The position numbers and the translations under genes were made by a program. A DNA stretch of 64,000 nucleotides. It comes from Deltaproteobacteria bacterium GWA2_38_16. GTDB taxonomy: Bacteria > Bdellovibrionota > JACOXK01 > 2-02-FULL-40-11. This document shows, in pieces, positions 38,632 to 47,998 of the stretch. The first letter of the stretch is position 1; every line of letters starts with the position of its first letter. The notes below the pieces were generated by a model that saw only the letters and a list, made by a program, of their open reading frames with translations, did not search any database and had not been told where the DNA came from. Location of the stretch: NCBI GenBank assembly GCA_001797335.1, contig MGPE01000011.1:12079-76078 (forward strand). The letters are read 5' to 3'.

Positions 38632-39896
38632 ACTCGATATCCTATATCTTTTCGATAATAAGCATCTTTCCAATGAATATTTTTAACCGCTTCATAGACC
38701 GCTTGAATGGCTTTATCGTAGGTTTCCCCCAAAGCCACTACATTTAATACTCGCCCTCCAGCCGTTAAAATTTTCCCATTCTTTAACACAGTTCCCGCAT
38801 GAAATAAAGTAACATCCGATAAGGACTGAACTGCCTCTAGGCCACTAATTTCATATCCTGTCTGATATGCTCCGGGATATCCCCCGGATGTCATGACCAC
38901 ACCCACCGCCGGCCTTGGATCCCATTTCAATTGAAGCGTATTTAACTTTCCTTGCATCGTAGCAGTGAGAACAGATAAAAGATCTGACTGCAATCGGCAT
39001 AAAAGCACCTGAGCCTCAGGATCCCCAAATCGAACATTAAATTCTAAAACATAAGGAACTCCTTTAGAAATCAATAAACCAATATATAAAATTCCTTGAT
39101 ACTCTATCCCTTCTTTTTTAAATGCTGATAGCAGAGGATTTACAATTTCTTTTTGAATTTTGGCTTCCCACGTATCATTAAACCAAGAAACCGGAGAATA
39201 GGCTCCCATCCCTCCTGTATTGGGCCCTTGATCCCCTTCCAATATTTTTTTATGATCTTGAGAAGTTGCTAAGGGTAAAAAGTGATTCCCATCCATTAAT
39301 CCCAAATAAGACAGTTCTTCTCCCTCTAAAAAATTTTCAATCACAACACTGTTTCCTGCACCCCCAAATTGTTTTTGTTTCATAAGCATATCCAACGTTT
39401 CTTTAGCTTCTTTTGCCGAGGAACAAATCACCACTCCTTTTCCCTGAGCTAAGCCATCGGCCTTAATGACTAAAGGATACGATACAGATGAAGAAGCAAT
39501 AGTGTCACAAGCTTGATCATACGCATTAAAAATCTGTGCAAGAGCCGTTGGAATACGGTATTTTTGTAAGAGTTTTTTTGAAAAAACTTTACTGGCCTCT
39601 AATTGGCTTGCTTTTTGAGTTACCCCAAAAATAGAAAGCCCTGCCTTTTTAAATTGATCAACAATACCTAAACTTAAGGGGATTTCAGGGCCAACCACGG
39701 TAAAATCAATGGCATGCTCCAAAGCCCATGTTTTTAACCCCAAAACATCCTGAATACCTATAGAGACATTTTGGGCAATTTGAGCTGTCCCTGCATTTCC
39801 AGGGGAAGAAAATAACTCTGTCACCTGCTGACTTTGTTTTAACTTCCAACAAAGTGCATGTTCACGTCCACCATTACCAATGATTAAAACTTTCAT
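38604..39896 (-). CDS. purD: Phosphoribosylamine-glycine ligase
   Basis: MKVLIIGNGGREHALCWKL, ATP-grasp motifs, GPNTGGMGAYSP, EFNVRFGDPE. Confidence 0.95.
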   Translation of the reverse strand: MKVLIIGNGGREHALCWKLKQSQQVTELFSSPGNAGTAQIAQNVSIGIQDVLGLKTWALEHAIDFTVVGPEIPLSLGIVDQFKKAGLSIFGVTQKASQLEASKVFSKKLLQKYRIPTALAQIFNAYDQACDTIASSSVSYPLVIKADGLAQGKGVVICSSAKEAKETLDMLMKQKQFGGAGNSVVIENFLEGEELSYLGLMDGNHFLPLATSQDHKKILEGDQGPNTGGMGAYSPVSWFNDTWEAKIQKEIVNPLLSAFKKEGIEYQGILYIGLLISKGVPYVLEFNVRFGDPEAQVLLCRLQSDLLSVLTATMQGKLNTLQLKWDPRPAVGVVMTSGGYPGAYQTGYEISGLEAVQSLSDVTLFHAGTVLKNGKILTAGGRVLNVVALGETYDKAIQAVYEAVKNIHWKDAYYRKDIGYRVCQKQKLPF

Positions 39897-41596
39897 TTTG
39901 AATATTGAAGGAGCATTTTTTTTGAAGGTAAATAGTTGGGATCATATTCCAACGTTTTATTAAACGCTTCTTGAGCTTCCCCTACTCGATCCAAATGAAT
40001 CAAAGCCACCCCTAATAAATGATATGCGGCTCCATAAAAAGGATCAAAACTAAATACCTTTCGACAGTGCTCAATAGCTTCTTGATAATATCCCAATCGA
40101 ATATGAATATCTGCCATAAAAACATGCGTTAAACTATTTTCATACCGATACCGAAGAGACGTTTTAAGTTCCGATAAGGCCCCCTCTAAATCCCCTTCTT
40201 TTTGCAGAACATAGCCATAGATCATGTGCACTGTCGCATCTTCTTTATTGGTTTGAATTGCTTTTTGAATCCATTCTTTGCCTTGAGCAATATTACCATC
40301 CAGATAATATAACAATCCCAATCCTGCCATCAGTGTCGGAGAAATTCCTTTTTCTTTCAGCATAAAAGAATAGGCCTGAATAATAAATCGATAGCTCAAC
40401 TCTTCTTGAGTATATCGAAAATCCTTATAATAATTTTTCTCATAATCAGGATCTCGTTGAACCATTTTTTCTAAAAATGAAAAAGCCATCTTTCGTTGAT
40501 TTAGTTTAAAATAAATAACACTTAAATAAAGATACGACTGAGGAAGATTAGGATTAATTCGATTAGCATTCATGTATTCCCGAATGGCTTCTTCGTTTTT
40601 ATTGAGTTTCTGAAGTGTTCTTCCCAAATACAAATAAATGAGAGGAAGGTTTGGCTGTAATTGAACCGCCCGTTCAAAATATTTCCGAGCATTATAATAT
40701 TGTTTTTCATAAAAATAGCAGTAGCCTAAATTAAAATGTGCAGGAGAAAAATTAGAATCCTGTTGAATAGCCACTTGAAAATGAGGCAATGCTTTTGAAA
40801 AATTATTCTCTTTTAAATCTAATAGTCCTAAATAATTTTCTATTTCTACGACCCATGTTTTCGGCAATTGTCGATCACTGAGAAGGGTTAAAAACTGCGT
40901 TCGCAGCTGATCACTATTTTTATTTTCCTGAAGATCTAAAGCCAAAAGCCTGACTTTGGCTCTGACATCCGCTGGATTTAAGCTAAGCGCTTTTTGATAA
41001 AGCTCATGAGCTTTTTTATATTCTCCTGCCGACTCTTCTATTTTGGCCTGGTAAAATAAAACATTTACTTTTTGAAATACATCAGAAATTTCTTCTAGAG
41101 GAGGCGTTTTTTCTTTTTGATTGACAGAAACCGTAGATAGCTCAGACTCAAAAGGTTTTTTTATTTCTGGATGAGGAAGTATTCTCCAAATAACAACCAT
41201 AAAGATCACCAATAAAGAACTCCCTCCTATCCAAGGCACCCATCTGCGTTTATAGAGAGGAACCATCTCAATGGGTTTTGGAGACAAGGGTACTTCTTTT
41301 AGTTTAGGAGGAAGTGGCTTTGAAGAAACAGGAGGAGCCGTATATCCCTTCACTCCCGGCTGTGTCACGGAGGTCACTTCTTCCGGAGAGAGATTAACGG
41401 TTTTTTCTTCTTCTACATATTGTGAAAAAGGCGGGCAATCTTTAACATATCCCCAAGGTTGTTCAGAACGGGCAATTTCATCATAGGCACCAATTTCTGC
41501 TTCTCGAATAAGTTTTTTAACGGTTTCTGTATCAAAGGGGCCAATATAGTGGCGCTTGGCTTTTCGAACCAACCATTCTTTAGGAGAGGAAGCCAT
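39893..41596 (-). CDS. Membrane-anchored TPR-repeat protein with an N-terminal GYF_2 (DUF4339)-like domain
   Basis: N-terminus EWLVRKAKRHYIGPFDTETVKKLIREAEIGAYDEIARSEQPWGYV, a Pro-rich linker, one TM (WIGGSSLLVIFMVVIW), then about 10 TPR-like 34-residue repeats. 4-nt overlap with purD and 1-nt overlap with purH. Confidence 0.78.
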   Translation of the reverse strand: MASSPKEWLVRKAKRHYIGPFDTETVKKLIREAEIGAYDEIARSEQPWGYVKDCPPFSQYVEEEKTVNLSPEEVTSVTQPGVKGYTAPPVSSKPLPPKLKEVPLSPKPIEMVPLYKRRWVPWIGGSSLLVIFMVVIWRILPHPEIKKPFESELSTVSVNQKEKTPPLEEISDVFQKVNVLFYQAKIEESAGEYKKAHELYQKALSLNPADVRAKVRLLALDLQENKNSDQLRTQFLTLLSDRQLPKTWVVEIENYLGLLDLKENNFSKALPHFQVAIQQDSNFSPAHFNLGYCYFYEKQYYNARKYFERAVQLQPNLPLIYLYLGRTLQKLNKNEEAIREYMNANRINPNLPQSYLYLSVIYFKLNQRKMAFSFLEKMVQRDPDYEKNYYKDFRYTQEELSYRFIIQAYSFMLKEKGISPTLMAGLGLLYYLDGNIAQGKEWIQKAIQTNKEDATVHMIYGYVLQKEGDLEGALSELKTSLRYRYENSLTHVFMADIHIRLGYYQEAIEHCRKVFSFDPFYGAAYHLLGVALIHLDRVGEAQEAFNKTLEYDPNYLPSKKMLLQYSK

Positions 41597-43161
41597 TAGT
41601 GTTTAAAATGTCTAGTTTTTGTAAAAACCATGGTTATCTTTTTTTCTTTGGCGGCTTGAATCACTTCTTCATCTCGAATAGAGCCCCCCGGTTGCACAAT
41701 AGCGGCCAAATGAGATCCCTCTAAAAGATCAATACTATCTCGGAAAGGGAAAAACCCGTCTGAAGCTAAAACCGCGCCCTTGGTTTTTCCTTGCGCTTTT
41801 TCTAAGGCTTGTTTCACTGCTTCCACTCGAGAAGTTTGCCCTACCCCCATTCCTACTGTATGCGATGCATTGGCAATGACAATGGCATTGGACGTCATGT
41901 GCTTGGCGACTTTCCACGCAAACACCAATGACTCTTGAATAGAGTCTAACACTTTTTCACCTGTCACTACCGTCCAAGGCTTTGGATCTATGGTTCCTAG
42001 GTCCCGATGCTGCACCAGTAATCCACCCGTAATTTTTTTAAAATCCACTTTTTCTGGAGAAACATCTCCGTTAAAATCCAACGTTAAAAGTCTTAGATTC
42101 TTTTTCTTTTCCAAAAGTGACAGTGCTTTTTTATCAAAAGAGGGTGCTAAAATAGCTTCTAAAAAAATCTTATTCATGAGTAGCGCGCATTCCTCTGACA
42201 CTTCTCGATTTAAAACCACAACCCCTCCAAAGGCTGACTGAGGATCTGAGTCCAAGGCAGCTTGAAACGCCTTGGTCATGCTATGCTTATCCCGTCCTAC
42301 TCCACAGGGATTGGTGTGCTTAATAATGACACATATGGGTTCTTTAAATTCTTTGGCAATATCTAATCCATGGTGCAAATCATAAATATTATTAAAAGAA
42401 AGTTCTTTTCCCCCCAATATTTTTGCTTTAGGAATAGAGGGCTCTTGGGTAGTTTCATCCACATACAAAGCCCCTCCTTGATGAGGATTTTCCCCATACC
42501 GCAAATCTTGTACTTTTCGATAGCGTAATTGGAAACTGGGAGTAAAAAACTTATCCGTATCTTTTTGATTATCCGTGAGCCCATATAAATAATTAGAAAT
42601 GTGGCGATCATAAGCGGCCGTCATAGAAAATGCTTTGACAGCTAATCGCATACGAGTTTCAGAAGAAATTTCATGATTATTTTTATTCATTTCTTCTAAA
42701 ATAAGCGCATAATCTTTGGGATCCGTAATCACAATGACATCTTGATAATTTTTGGCAGCTGCCCGAATAAGACTTACCCCTCCGATATCAATATTTTCAA
42801 TGGCATCTGAAAGCGTACAGTCCGCTTTTGCAATGGTTTGCTCAAAAGGATAAAGATTAATAACCACCATATGAATTTCTGAAATCCCAAATTCTTTAAG
42901 CTGTTCTAATTGATGAGGATCGGCACGCCTCACCAACAGCCCTCCATAAATTTTAGGATGAAGCGTTTTAACCCGCCCCTGTAAAATTTCAGGAAATCCC
43001 GTGTAGTCAGACACAGACATGACTTTAATATTATTTTCTTCCAAAAGTTTAGACGTTCCACCCGTAGAAATAATTTCTATTTTTTGTTTTCGAAGCACTT
43101 TAACAAAATCAACAATGCCTTCTTTATTAGAGACAGAAACGAGGGCTCTTAAAATCTTCAC
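41596..43161 (-). CDS. purH: Bifunctional AICAR formyltransferase / IMP cyclohydrolase
   Basis: RALVSVSNKEGI (MGS-like domain), ISTGGTSK, GENPHQ, and the AICARFT C-terminal domain ending in HF(K)H. GTG start. Confidence 0.96.
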   Translation of the reverse strand: MKILRALVSVSNKEGIVDFVKVLRKQKIEIISTGGTSKLLEENNIKVMSVSDYTGFPEILQGRVKTLHPKIYGGLLVRRADPHQLEQLKEFGISEIHMVVINLYPFEQTIAKADCTLSDAIENIDIGGVSLIRAAAKNYQDVIVITDPKDYALILEEMNKNNHEISSETRMRLAVKAFSMTAAYDRHISNYLYGLTDNQKDTDKFFTPSFQLRYRKVQDLRYGENPHQGGALYVDETTQEPSIPKAKILGGKELSFNNIYDLHHGLDIAKEFKEPICVIIKHTNPCGVGRDKHSMTKAFQAALDSDPQSAFGGVVVLNREVSEECALLMNKIFLEAILAPSFDKKALSLLEKKKNLRLLTLDFNGDVSPEKVDFKKITGGLLVQHRDLGTIDPKPWTVVTGEKVLDSIQESLVFAWKVAKHMTSNAIVIANASHTVGMGVGQTSRVEAVKQALEKAQGKTKGAVLASDGFFPFRDSIDLLEGSHLAAIVQPGGSIRDEEVIQAAKEKKITMVFTKTRHFKH

Positions 43162-43196
43162 GCCCAGATTATGAGTATTTTTAAGGTGAATTGCAA

Positions 43197-44315
43197 CTAC
43201 TTTAGCACTACTCTAGGCACTCGATATGATACGGCGCATAAAATTTCCCAAGGAATAGACTGAATACGTTCTGCCATGTCTTCTACTGTTATTTGATTCT
43301 TCCCTTGTTTCCCAAGAATAACTACTTCATCTCCTATCCCAGCTTCAGGAATATGTGTCACTTCGACCATACAAACATCCATGCATACTACTCCAACGAT
43401 AGAAGCTTTTTTCCCCCGAATCAGTACCTCACCTTTATTTGAAAAATTTCTCATCAATCCATCGGCATACCCCATGGGAATGGTTGCAACCCATCCATCT
43501 TGCGTAAAGCGATGCGTATATCCATAGCTAATATAATCTCCCTTTTTCACTTTCTTTAACTGAATCACTTTACTCTTTAACGTCATCACAGGCTTTAATT
43601 CCAATTTTTCTCGAAGTGCTTTGGTGGGATAGGCTCCATAAAGCGTAATTCCAGGGCGCACCAAATTTTCATTCACCCCAAAATCATTTAAAATAGCTCC
43701 GCTATTGGCCAAGTGTGTATAGGGAAATGAAATGGGACTTATTTTTTTTAACTGACGAAATAGTTGAATTTGAGCTTCATTAAAATGACTATGACGCTCT
43801 CCATTGGCAAAATGAGTCATCATTCCTTGAAACTGTATATTTTTAAATTTATTAATTGATTTAAATAACTTATGAGCATTTTCTAAAGTAAATCCTAATC
43901 TATTCATTCCTGTATCTACTTTGATGTGCACCGTTCCTTTTTTATTTTTTTTCTTACAAAAAGCATTATACGCATTTAAAAAATCCAGGTGATAAAATAC
44001 AGGGGTTAAGTGATAGGCCCAAAGCTCTGAAAACGTTTTAGGATCTTGTCCACCCGTCAAAATAACAATGGGAGTTTTAATGCCATTTTCTCTTAAGCGA
44101 ATCCCCTCTTCCAAATACGCCACCGCTAAAAAAGGTACTTTTAATTTTTCTAATCGCGCAGCAATAGCACTATCACCATGGCCATAGGCATTGGCTTTCA
44201 CCACCGCCATGATGGATACTTTAGGCCCAATTTTTTGTTGCAATTGTTTTACATTAAATTCCAAAGCAGATAGGTCAATCTCTGCAACAGTCGGACGAAG
44301 AAGATGTTGGGACAT
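43197..44315 (-). CDS. alr: Alanine racemase
   Basis: AVVKANAYGHG PLP-lysine motif. 372 aa. C-terminal beta domain with the YGY..R pattern. Confidence 0.93.
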   Translation of the reverse strand: MSQHLLRPTVAEIDLSALEFNVKQLQQKIGPKVSIMAVVKANAYGHGDSAIAARLEKLKVPFLAVAYLEEGIRLRENGIKTPIVILTGGQDPKTFSELWAYHLTPVFYHLDFLNAYNAFCKKKNKKGTVHIKVDTGMNRLGFTLENAHKLFKSINKFKNIQFQGMMTHFANGERHSHFNEAQIQLFRQLKKISPISFPYTHLANSGAILNDFGVNENLVRPGITLYGAYPTKALREKLELKPVMTLKSKVIQLKKVKKGDYISYGYTHRFTQDGWVATIPMGYADGLMRNFSNKGEVLIRGKKASIVGVVCMDVCMVEVTHIPEAGIGDEVVILGKQGKNQITVEDMAERIQSIPWEILCAVSYRVPRVVLK

Positions 44316-44382
44316 ATAAACACTTACTTAACTGAAAAAAGATTGAAGTTTCAAGACTATTCTTGATATGAGTATTTTTTAG

Positions 44383-44455
44383 GCCGACGTAGCTCAGCTG
44401 GTAGAGCAGCTCATTCGTAATGAGCAGGTCACCGGTTCGATTCCGGTCGTCGGCT
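44383..44455 (+). tRNA. tRNA-Thr (anticodon CGT/CGU)
   Basis: Hand-folded cloverleaf: acceptor GCCGACG/CGTCGGC, D arm GCTC-AGCTGGTA-GAGC, anticodon arm GCTCA-TTCGTAA-TGAGC, variable AGGTC, T arm ACCGG-TTCGATT-CCGGT, discriminator T. No CCA is encoded. Confidence 0.93.
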
Positions 44456-44464
44456 TACGATTTT
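44453..44464. repeat. Direct repeat GCTTACGATTTT, left copy (spans the last 3 nt of tRNA-Thr)
   Basis: An exact 12-mer recurs at 45038-45049. Confidence 0.65.
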
Positions 44465-44737
44465 CTATGAGGCTTTCTTTTGAGGCATACTAAATCTTTC
44501 GGGATAAATTAAAAAAACGGCCGATAAATCTTCATCTAAATCAGGCCAATGAATCCCAATGCCACTCCCTAAAATTTCAAAATTTAAAAGCTGTGCTTTA
44601 GTTGCATTTTCAAGCTTTGGAGAAATAGATTTATGCCGTTTTATAATTTTCCCAGATGTTGTTTTTATATGTAAATAACCACCTATAATCCAAAATTTTT
44701 CTAATCTTATTTTATCTTCAAGTCTTAAAGAACTCAT
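44465..44737 (-). CDS. DUF2442 domain protein
   Basis: 90 aa. ...YLHIKTTSGKIIKRHKSISPKLENATKAQLLNFEILGSGIGIHWPDLDEDLS matches the DUF2442 pattern. It overlaps the upstream DUF4160 gene by 20 nt. Confidence 0.72.
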   Translation of the reverse strand: MSSLRLEDKIRLEKFWIIGGYLHIKTTSGKIIKRHKSISPKLENATKAQLLNFEILGSGIGIHWPDLDEDLSAVFLIYPERFSMPQKKAS

Positions 44738-44960
44738 ACCACCTCCTTAAAAAGATCTCTCTATTTTCCAAAACAATGGCTTCAATTTTTCTTAATTCAT
44801 GAAGTTTAAAACCACTATTATGAGCCAAACGAACTTTTGGTGCGAGCCAGAATTTACAAAGATGGGAACCTTTTTGAACATGAACATGTGGCTTTTCATT
44901 CCCCTCATTCGAGAAGAAGAAAAATCTGGCTCCATCAATAATAACTACAGTTGGACTCAC
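44718..44960 (-). CDS. DUF4160 domain protein
   Basis: 80 aa. ...FFFFSNEGNEKPHVHVQKGSHLCKFWL is the typical DUF4160 motif (E...PH.HV). It forms the classic two-gene DUF4160-DUF2442 cassette. Confidence 0.72.
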   Translation of the reverse strand: MSPTVVIIDGARFFFFSNEGNEKPHVHVQKGSHLCKFWLAPKVRLAHNSGFKLHELRKIEAIVLENREIFLRRWYEFFKT

Positions 44961-45037
44961 GCTATGCCTCCTAAAACATATATAATATATATCAAATAAT
45001 ATAATTTGTCATCGGTTCGTATAACCTAGCCTCACCC

Positions 45038-45049
45038 GCTTACGATTTT
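45038..45049. repeat. Direct repeat GCTTACGATTTT, right copy
   Basis: Exact copy of 44453-44464. It overlaps the stop codon of the 45040-45696 gene. Confidence 0.65.
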
Positions 45050-45696
45050 AATCGTTTAAAGTAGACGATGAGGCACAGGGCAAAATAGGAAAGTAAAATG
45101 GGGCAGAATAAAAGCTGAGTGATGACACGCCCTAGGAAAAACATTGCCAAAAGATACAGCACTACAAAAAATAAGAAAAAATAAAAAAGAGCCCAGGAGT
45201 TTTCTCCAACCACTTTTTCACTGCGAGCTAACACAACATCGGAAGTTAAATTTTCTTGATACTCTAACATAGAAATAGGCCACACCATAAAATAGTGGAA
45301 GAATGTTTTAATACGAAAAAAAGCTTTTGCGGTTGTCACAAGATAGAGTTTAAGTCTCCCCCCTTCTTCTTGAAGTACATCTATACTCCATAAGGGAGTT
45401 TTCTTTTCTTCCCGTCTAGAAATATAAAATAAAACAAAAAATTCTTGAAAAACCACAAAGACAACCAGTAAGAAAAAATAAAACACATACAGAAATGGCA
45501 AGATCATCCACAAAATGACGGGGCGATCCCCCAATAACAAAGTCGTAGGACCAAAAATTAATACTCCTACTAAAAGACTTAAAATTCCAAGTCCCAAAGA
45601 AAAAACAAAGCTAATGAGCACTAAAATTCCCCCAAAGGGAGTGATGAGCTCTGTAAGACCTTCTTTTAGAATATTAAGGGGAAAGAGCTTATGCAT
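45040..45696 (-). CDS. Hypothetical polytopic membrane protein
   Basis: 218 aa with about 5-6 hydrophobic segments. No family recognised. Confidence 0.55.
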   Translation of the reverse strand: MHKLFPLNILKEGLTELITPFGGILVLISFVFSLGLGILSLLVGVLIFGPTTLLLGDRPVILWMILPFLYVFYFFLLVVFVVFQEFFVLFYISRREEKKTPLWSIDVLQEEGGRLKLYLVTTAKAFFRIKTFFHYFMVWPISMLEYQENLTSDVVLARSEKVVGENSWALFYFFLFFVVLYLLAMFFLGRVITQLLFCPILLSYFALCLIVYFKRLKS

Positions 45697-45780
45697 ATAT
45701 AGGTTTATGGTACGGGAGTTTCCAGCACAAAATCAAGCAGAATAAGACAGGCCCCATTGCGCTCTGTATCTACCTGAGAT

Positions 45781-47439
45781 ATGACAAAGAATATGAAAAA
45801 ATGTGGCTTTCTGGTCATTGGCAGTGGCATTGCTGGCCTCTCTTATGCCCTAAAAGTAGCAGATCATGGAAACGTTCATCTCATCACCAAAGACCGGCTC
45901 GAAGAATCCGCCACTTCCTATGCCCAAGGTGGCATTGCTTCCGTATTTGACGAAAAAGATTCTTTTACACGACACATTCAAGATACTTTGAAATCTGGTG
46001 ATGGACTCTGTGATCCTGCTATTGTTACTCTCTGTGTTACGGAAGGCCCTGCTCGAATCAAAGAACTCGTTCAATGGGGAGTACAATTTACAAAGCAGCA
46101 AAAAAAAGAATTTCATCTCCATCAAGAAGGTGGTCATTCTCACCGACGTATTCTTCACGCTAAAGACACCACTGGAAAAGCTATCTCTTGCGCCTTAATT
46201 CAAAAAGTCAAACATCACCCCAATATTCATATTTTTGAATACCATGAGGCTATTGACCTTATCACTACTCGTAAATTCTTAGATCCCTTGAAAAAAGATC
46301 ATTGTTGGGGCGCCTATGCCTTAAATATCAAAACACAAAAAATCGAAAGTTTTTTGGCTCCTATTACCGTTCTTGCAACAGGAGGATCTGGAAAAGTATA
46401 TCTTTATACCACAAACCCTGACACCGCCACCGGAGATGGTATTGCCATGGCATACCGAGCAGGAGTTGCCATTTCAAATATGGAATTTTTTCAATTTCAC
46501 CCCACTTGCCTCTATCACCCTCAGGCAAAATCATTTTTAATTTCAGAAGCTGTCAGAGGTGAAGGCGGAGTTTTAATTCGAAAAGATGGCACAGCCTTTA
46601 TGAAACGATATACCAAAGATGGCTCTCTAGCCACGCGCGATATTGTGGCTCGTGCCATTGATAGCGAACTTAAGCGCACAGGCGATGATTGTGTTTTTTT
46701 AGATATCACCCATAAAGGGCCAAAATTTATTAAAGCACATTTCCCCCACATTTATAAAAAATGCTTTTCTCTTGGGATTGATATTACAAAAGACCCCATT
46801 CCCGTCGTTCCTGCTGCTCATTATCAGTGCGGGGGAATCATCACCAATTCCCATGGGCAAACTTCTTTAAAAGGACTTTTTGCCATTGGAGAAGTTGCCT
46901 GTACAGGTCTTCATGGCGCCAATCGATTGGCCAGTAATTCTTTATTAGAAGGAGCTGTCTTTGCCCACCGAGCAGCATTGCAATCCCTTGAATCCCCTAT
47001 TCTAAAATCTCAAAAAATTCCTTCTATTCCTCCGTGGAACTCCGGCCGTGCTAAAGATTCCGATGAATTGGTATTGATTGCCCATCTTTGGGATGAAATT
47101 CGGCGCTTCATGTGGAACTATGTCGGCATTGTTCGATCCAATAAACGATTGGAACGCGCCCATCGAAGAATAAAAATTTTACAAGAAGAAATTAATGAAT
47201 ACTATTGGGATTTTATTTTAACCAAAGACCTCATTGAATTAAGAAATATCGCTGTCGTAGCCAAAATTATTATTGAACATTCTTTACGGCGCACGGAGAG
47301 TCGGGGGCTTCATTACACCATCGATTATCCTAAGAAAAATTCTTCTCTTTGTTCCAAGGACACACCTCTTGGCACACCTCACACCCAGGCGCCTCATAAG
47401 AGATACACCGTCTCGCATCCAATTCATAAGGAGCCATAA
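45781..47439 (+). CDS. nadB: L-aspartate oxidase
   Basis: [16 protein letters not shown] motif, [41 protein letters not shown]. 552 aa, with a C-terminal tail longer than in E. coli NadB. Confidence 0.94.
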   Translation: MTKNMKKCGFLVIGSGIAGLSYALKVADHGNVHLITKDRLEESATSYAQGGIASVFDEKDSFTRHIQDTLKSGDGLCDPAIVTLCVTEGPARIKELVQWGVQFTKQQKKEFHLHQEGGHSHRRILHAKDTTGKAISCALIQKVKHHPNIHIFEYHEAIDLITTRKFLDPLKKDHCWGAYALNIKTQKIESFLAPITVLATGGSGKVYLYTTNPDTATGDGIAMAYRAGVAISNMEFFQFHPTCLYHPQAKSFLISEAVRGEGGVLIRKDGTAFMKRYTKDGSLATRDIVARAIDSELKRTGDDCVFLDITHKGPKFIKAHFPHIYKKCFSLGIDITKDPIPVVPAAHYQCGGIITNSHGQTSLKGLFAIGEVACTGLHGANRLASNSLLEGAVFAHRAALQSLESPILKSQKIPSIPPWNSGRAKDSDELVLIAHLWDEIRRFMWNYVGIVRSNKRLERAHRRIKILQEEINEYYWDFILTKDLIELRNIAVVAKIIIEHSLRRTESRGLHYTIDYPKKNSSLCSKDTPLGTPHTQAPHKRYTVSHPIHKEP

Positions 47440-47998
47440 AAGCTTTCGTAGGACATGCCTCTACGCATTTCTGACAGGAACCACACTGATTGACGAGCAG
47501 AGGATCTCTTTCTAACTCTATATTGATTAAAATTTCTCCCAAGAAAACATGCGAACCATAATGGGGATGAATAAGAAGGGTATTTTTACCTATCCACCCT
47601 AAACCGGCACATTGGGCAAAACTTTTTTCTAAAAGAGGAGCCGTATCACAGCACACATACCCTTTTACCTCTGGGGCAAACTCTTGTATTTTATTAAAAA
47701 GTTCTTTTAGTTTTTTCTTCATCACCACATGATACTCATCTCCCCATTCACTGTATGTTTTATATTTCAATGCACAGGAGATAATAGATTTCGCTTGAGG
47801 GAAAAGATGCCTAGGATCTTTTTTGATGGGTTCATGTTTTTTCAAATACATCATTTTCCCGTGATATCCTTTTTCTAACCACCGTTCATAAAAAGGAAAG
47901 TGGAAAGAAGGCAGGGCCAGTGAAATTCCTACTTCCTGGAAACCAATAGCTTTCCCTACTATTTTTATTTCCTGAGATAGCTCATACCTATCGAGCAT
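47330..47998 (-). CDS. queG: Epoxyqueuosine reductase, short form (no HEAT-like C-terminal domain)
   Basis: DUF1730-like N-terminus, [14 protein letters not shown], and ferredoxin motifs [12 protein letters not shown] and CISY...[12 protein letters not shown]. 222 aa from ATG 47998, or 229 aa from 48019. Confidence 0.78.
   Translation of the reverse strand: MLDRYELSQEIKIVGKAIGFQEVGISLALPSFHFPFYERWLEKGYHGKMMYLKKHEPIKKDPRHLFPQAKSIISCALKYKTYSEWGDEYHVVMKKKLKELFNKIQEFAPEVKGYVCCDTAPLLEKSFAQCAGLGWIGKNTLLIHPHYGSHVFLGEILINIELERDPLLVNQCGSCQKCVEACPTKAFMAPYELDARRCISYEAPGCEVCQEVCPWNKEKNFS

Larger units (their letters stand above)
44456..45037. mobile_element. Putative remnant integrated islet carrying only a DUF4160/DUF2442 gene pair
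   Basis: It lies at the tRNA 3' end and is bounded by the 12-bp direct repeat. The right flank also carries a degenerate copy of the tRNA T-arm (GTCATCGGTTCG versus GTCACCGGTTCG). No integrase is present. Confidence 0.4.

Noticed and set aside
45003-45026. TTTGTCATC at 45005, read as the 5' end of a REP-like element rather than a tRNA-derived att remnant.
   Set aside because: The downstream sequence (GGTTCG...) matches the tRNA T-arm and not the element's hairpin and GRATC architecture. The ambiguity is noted in the tRNA-islet finding.
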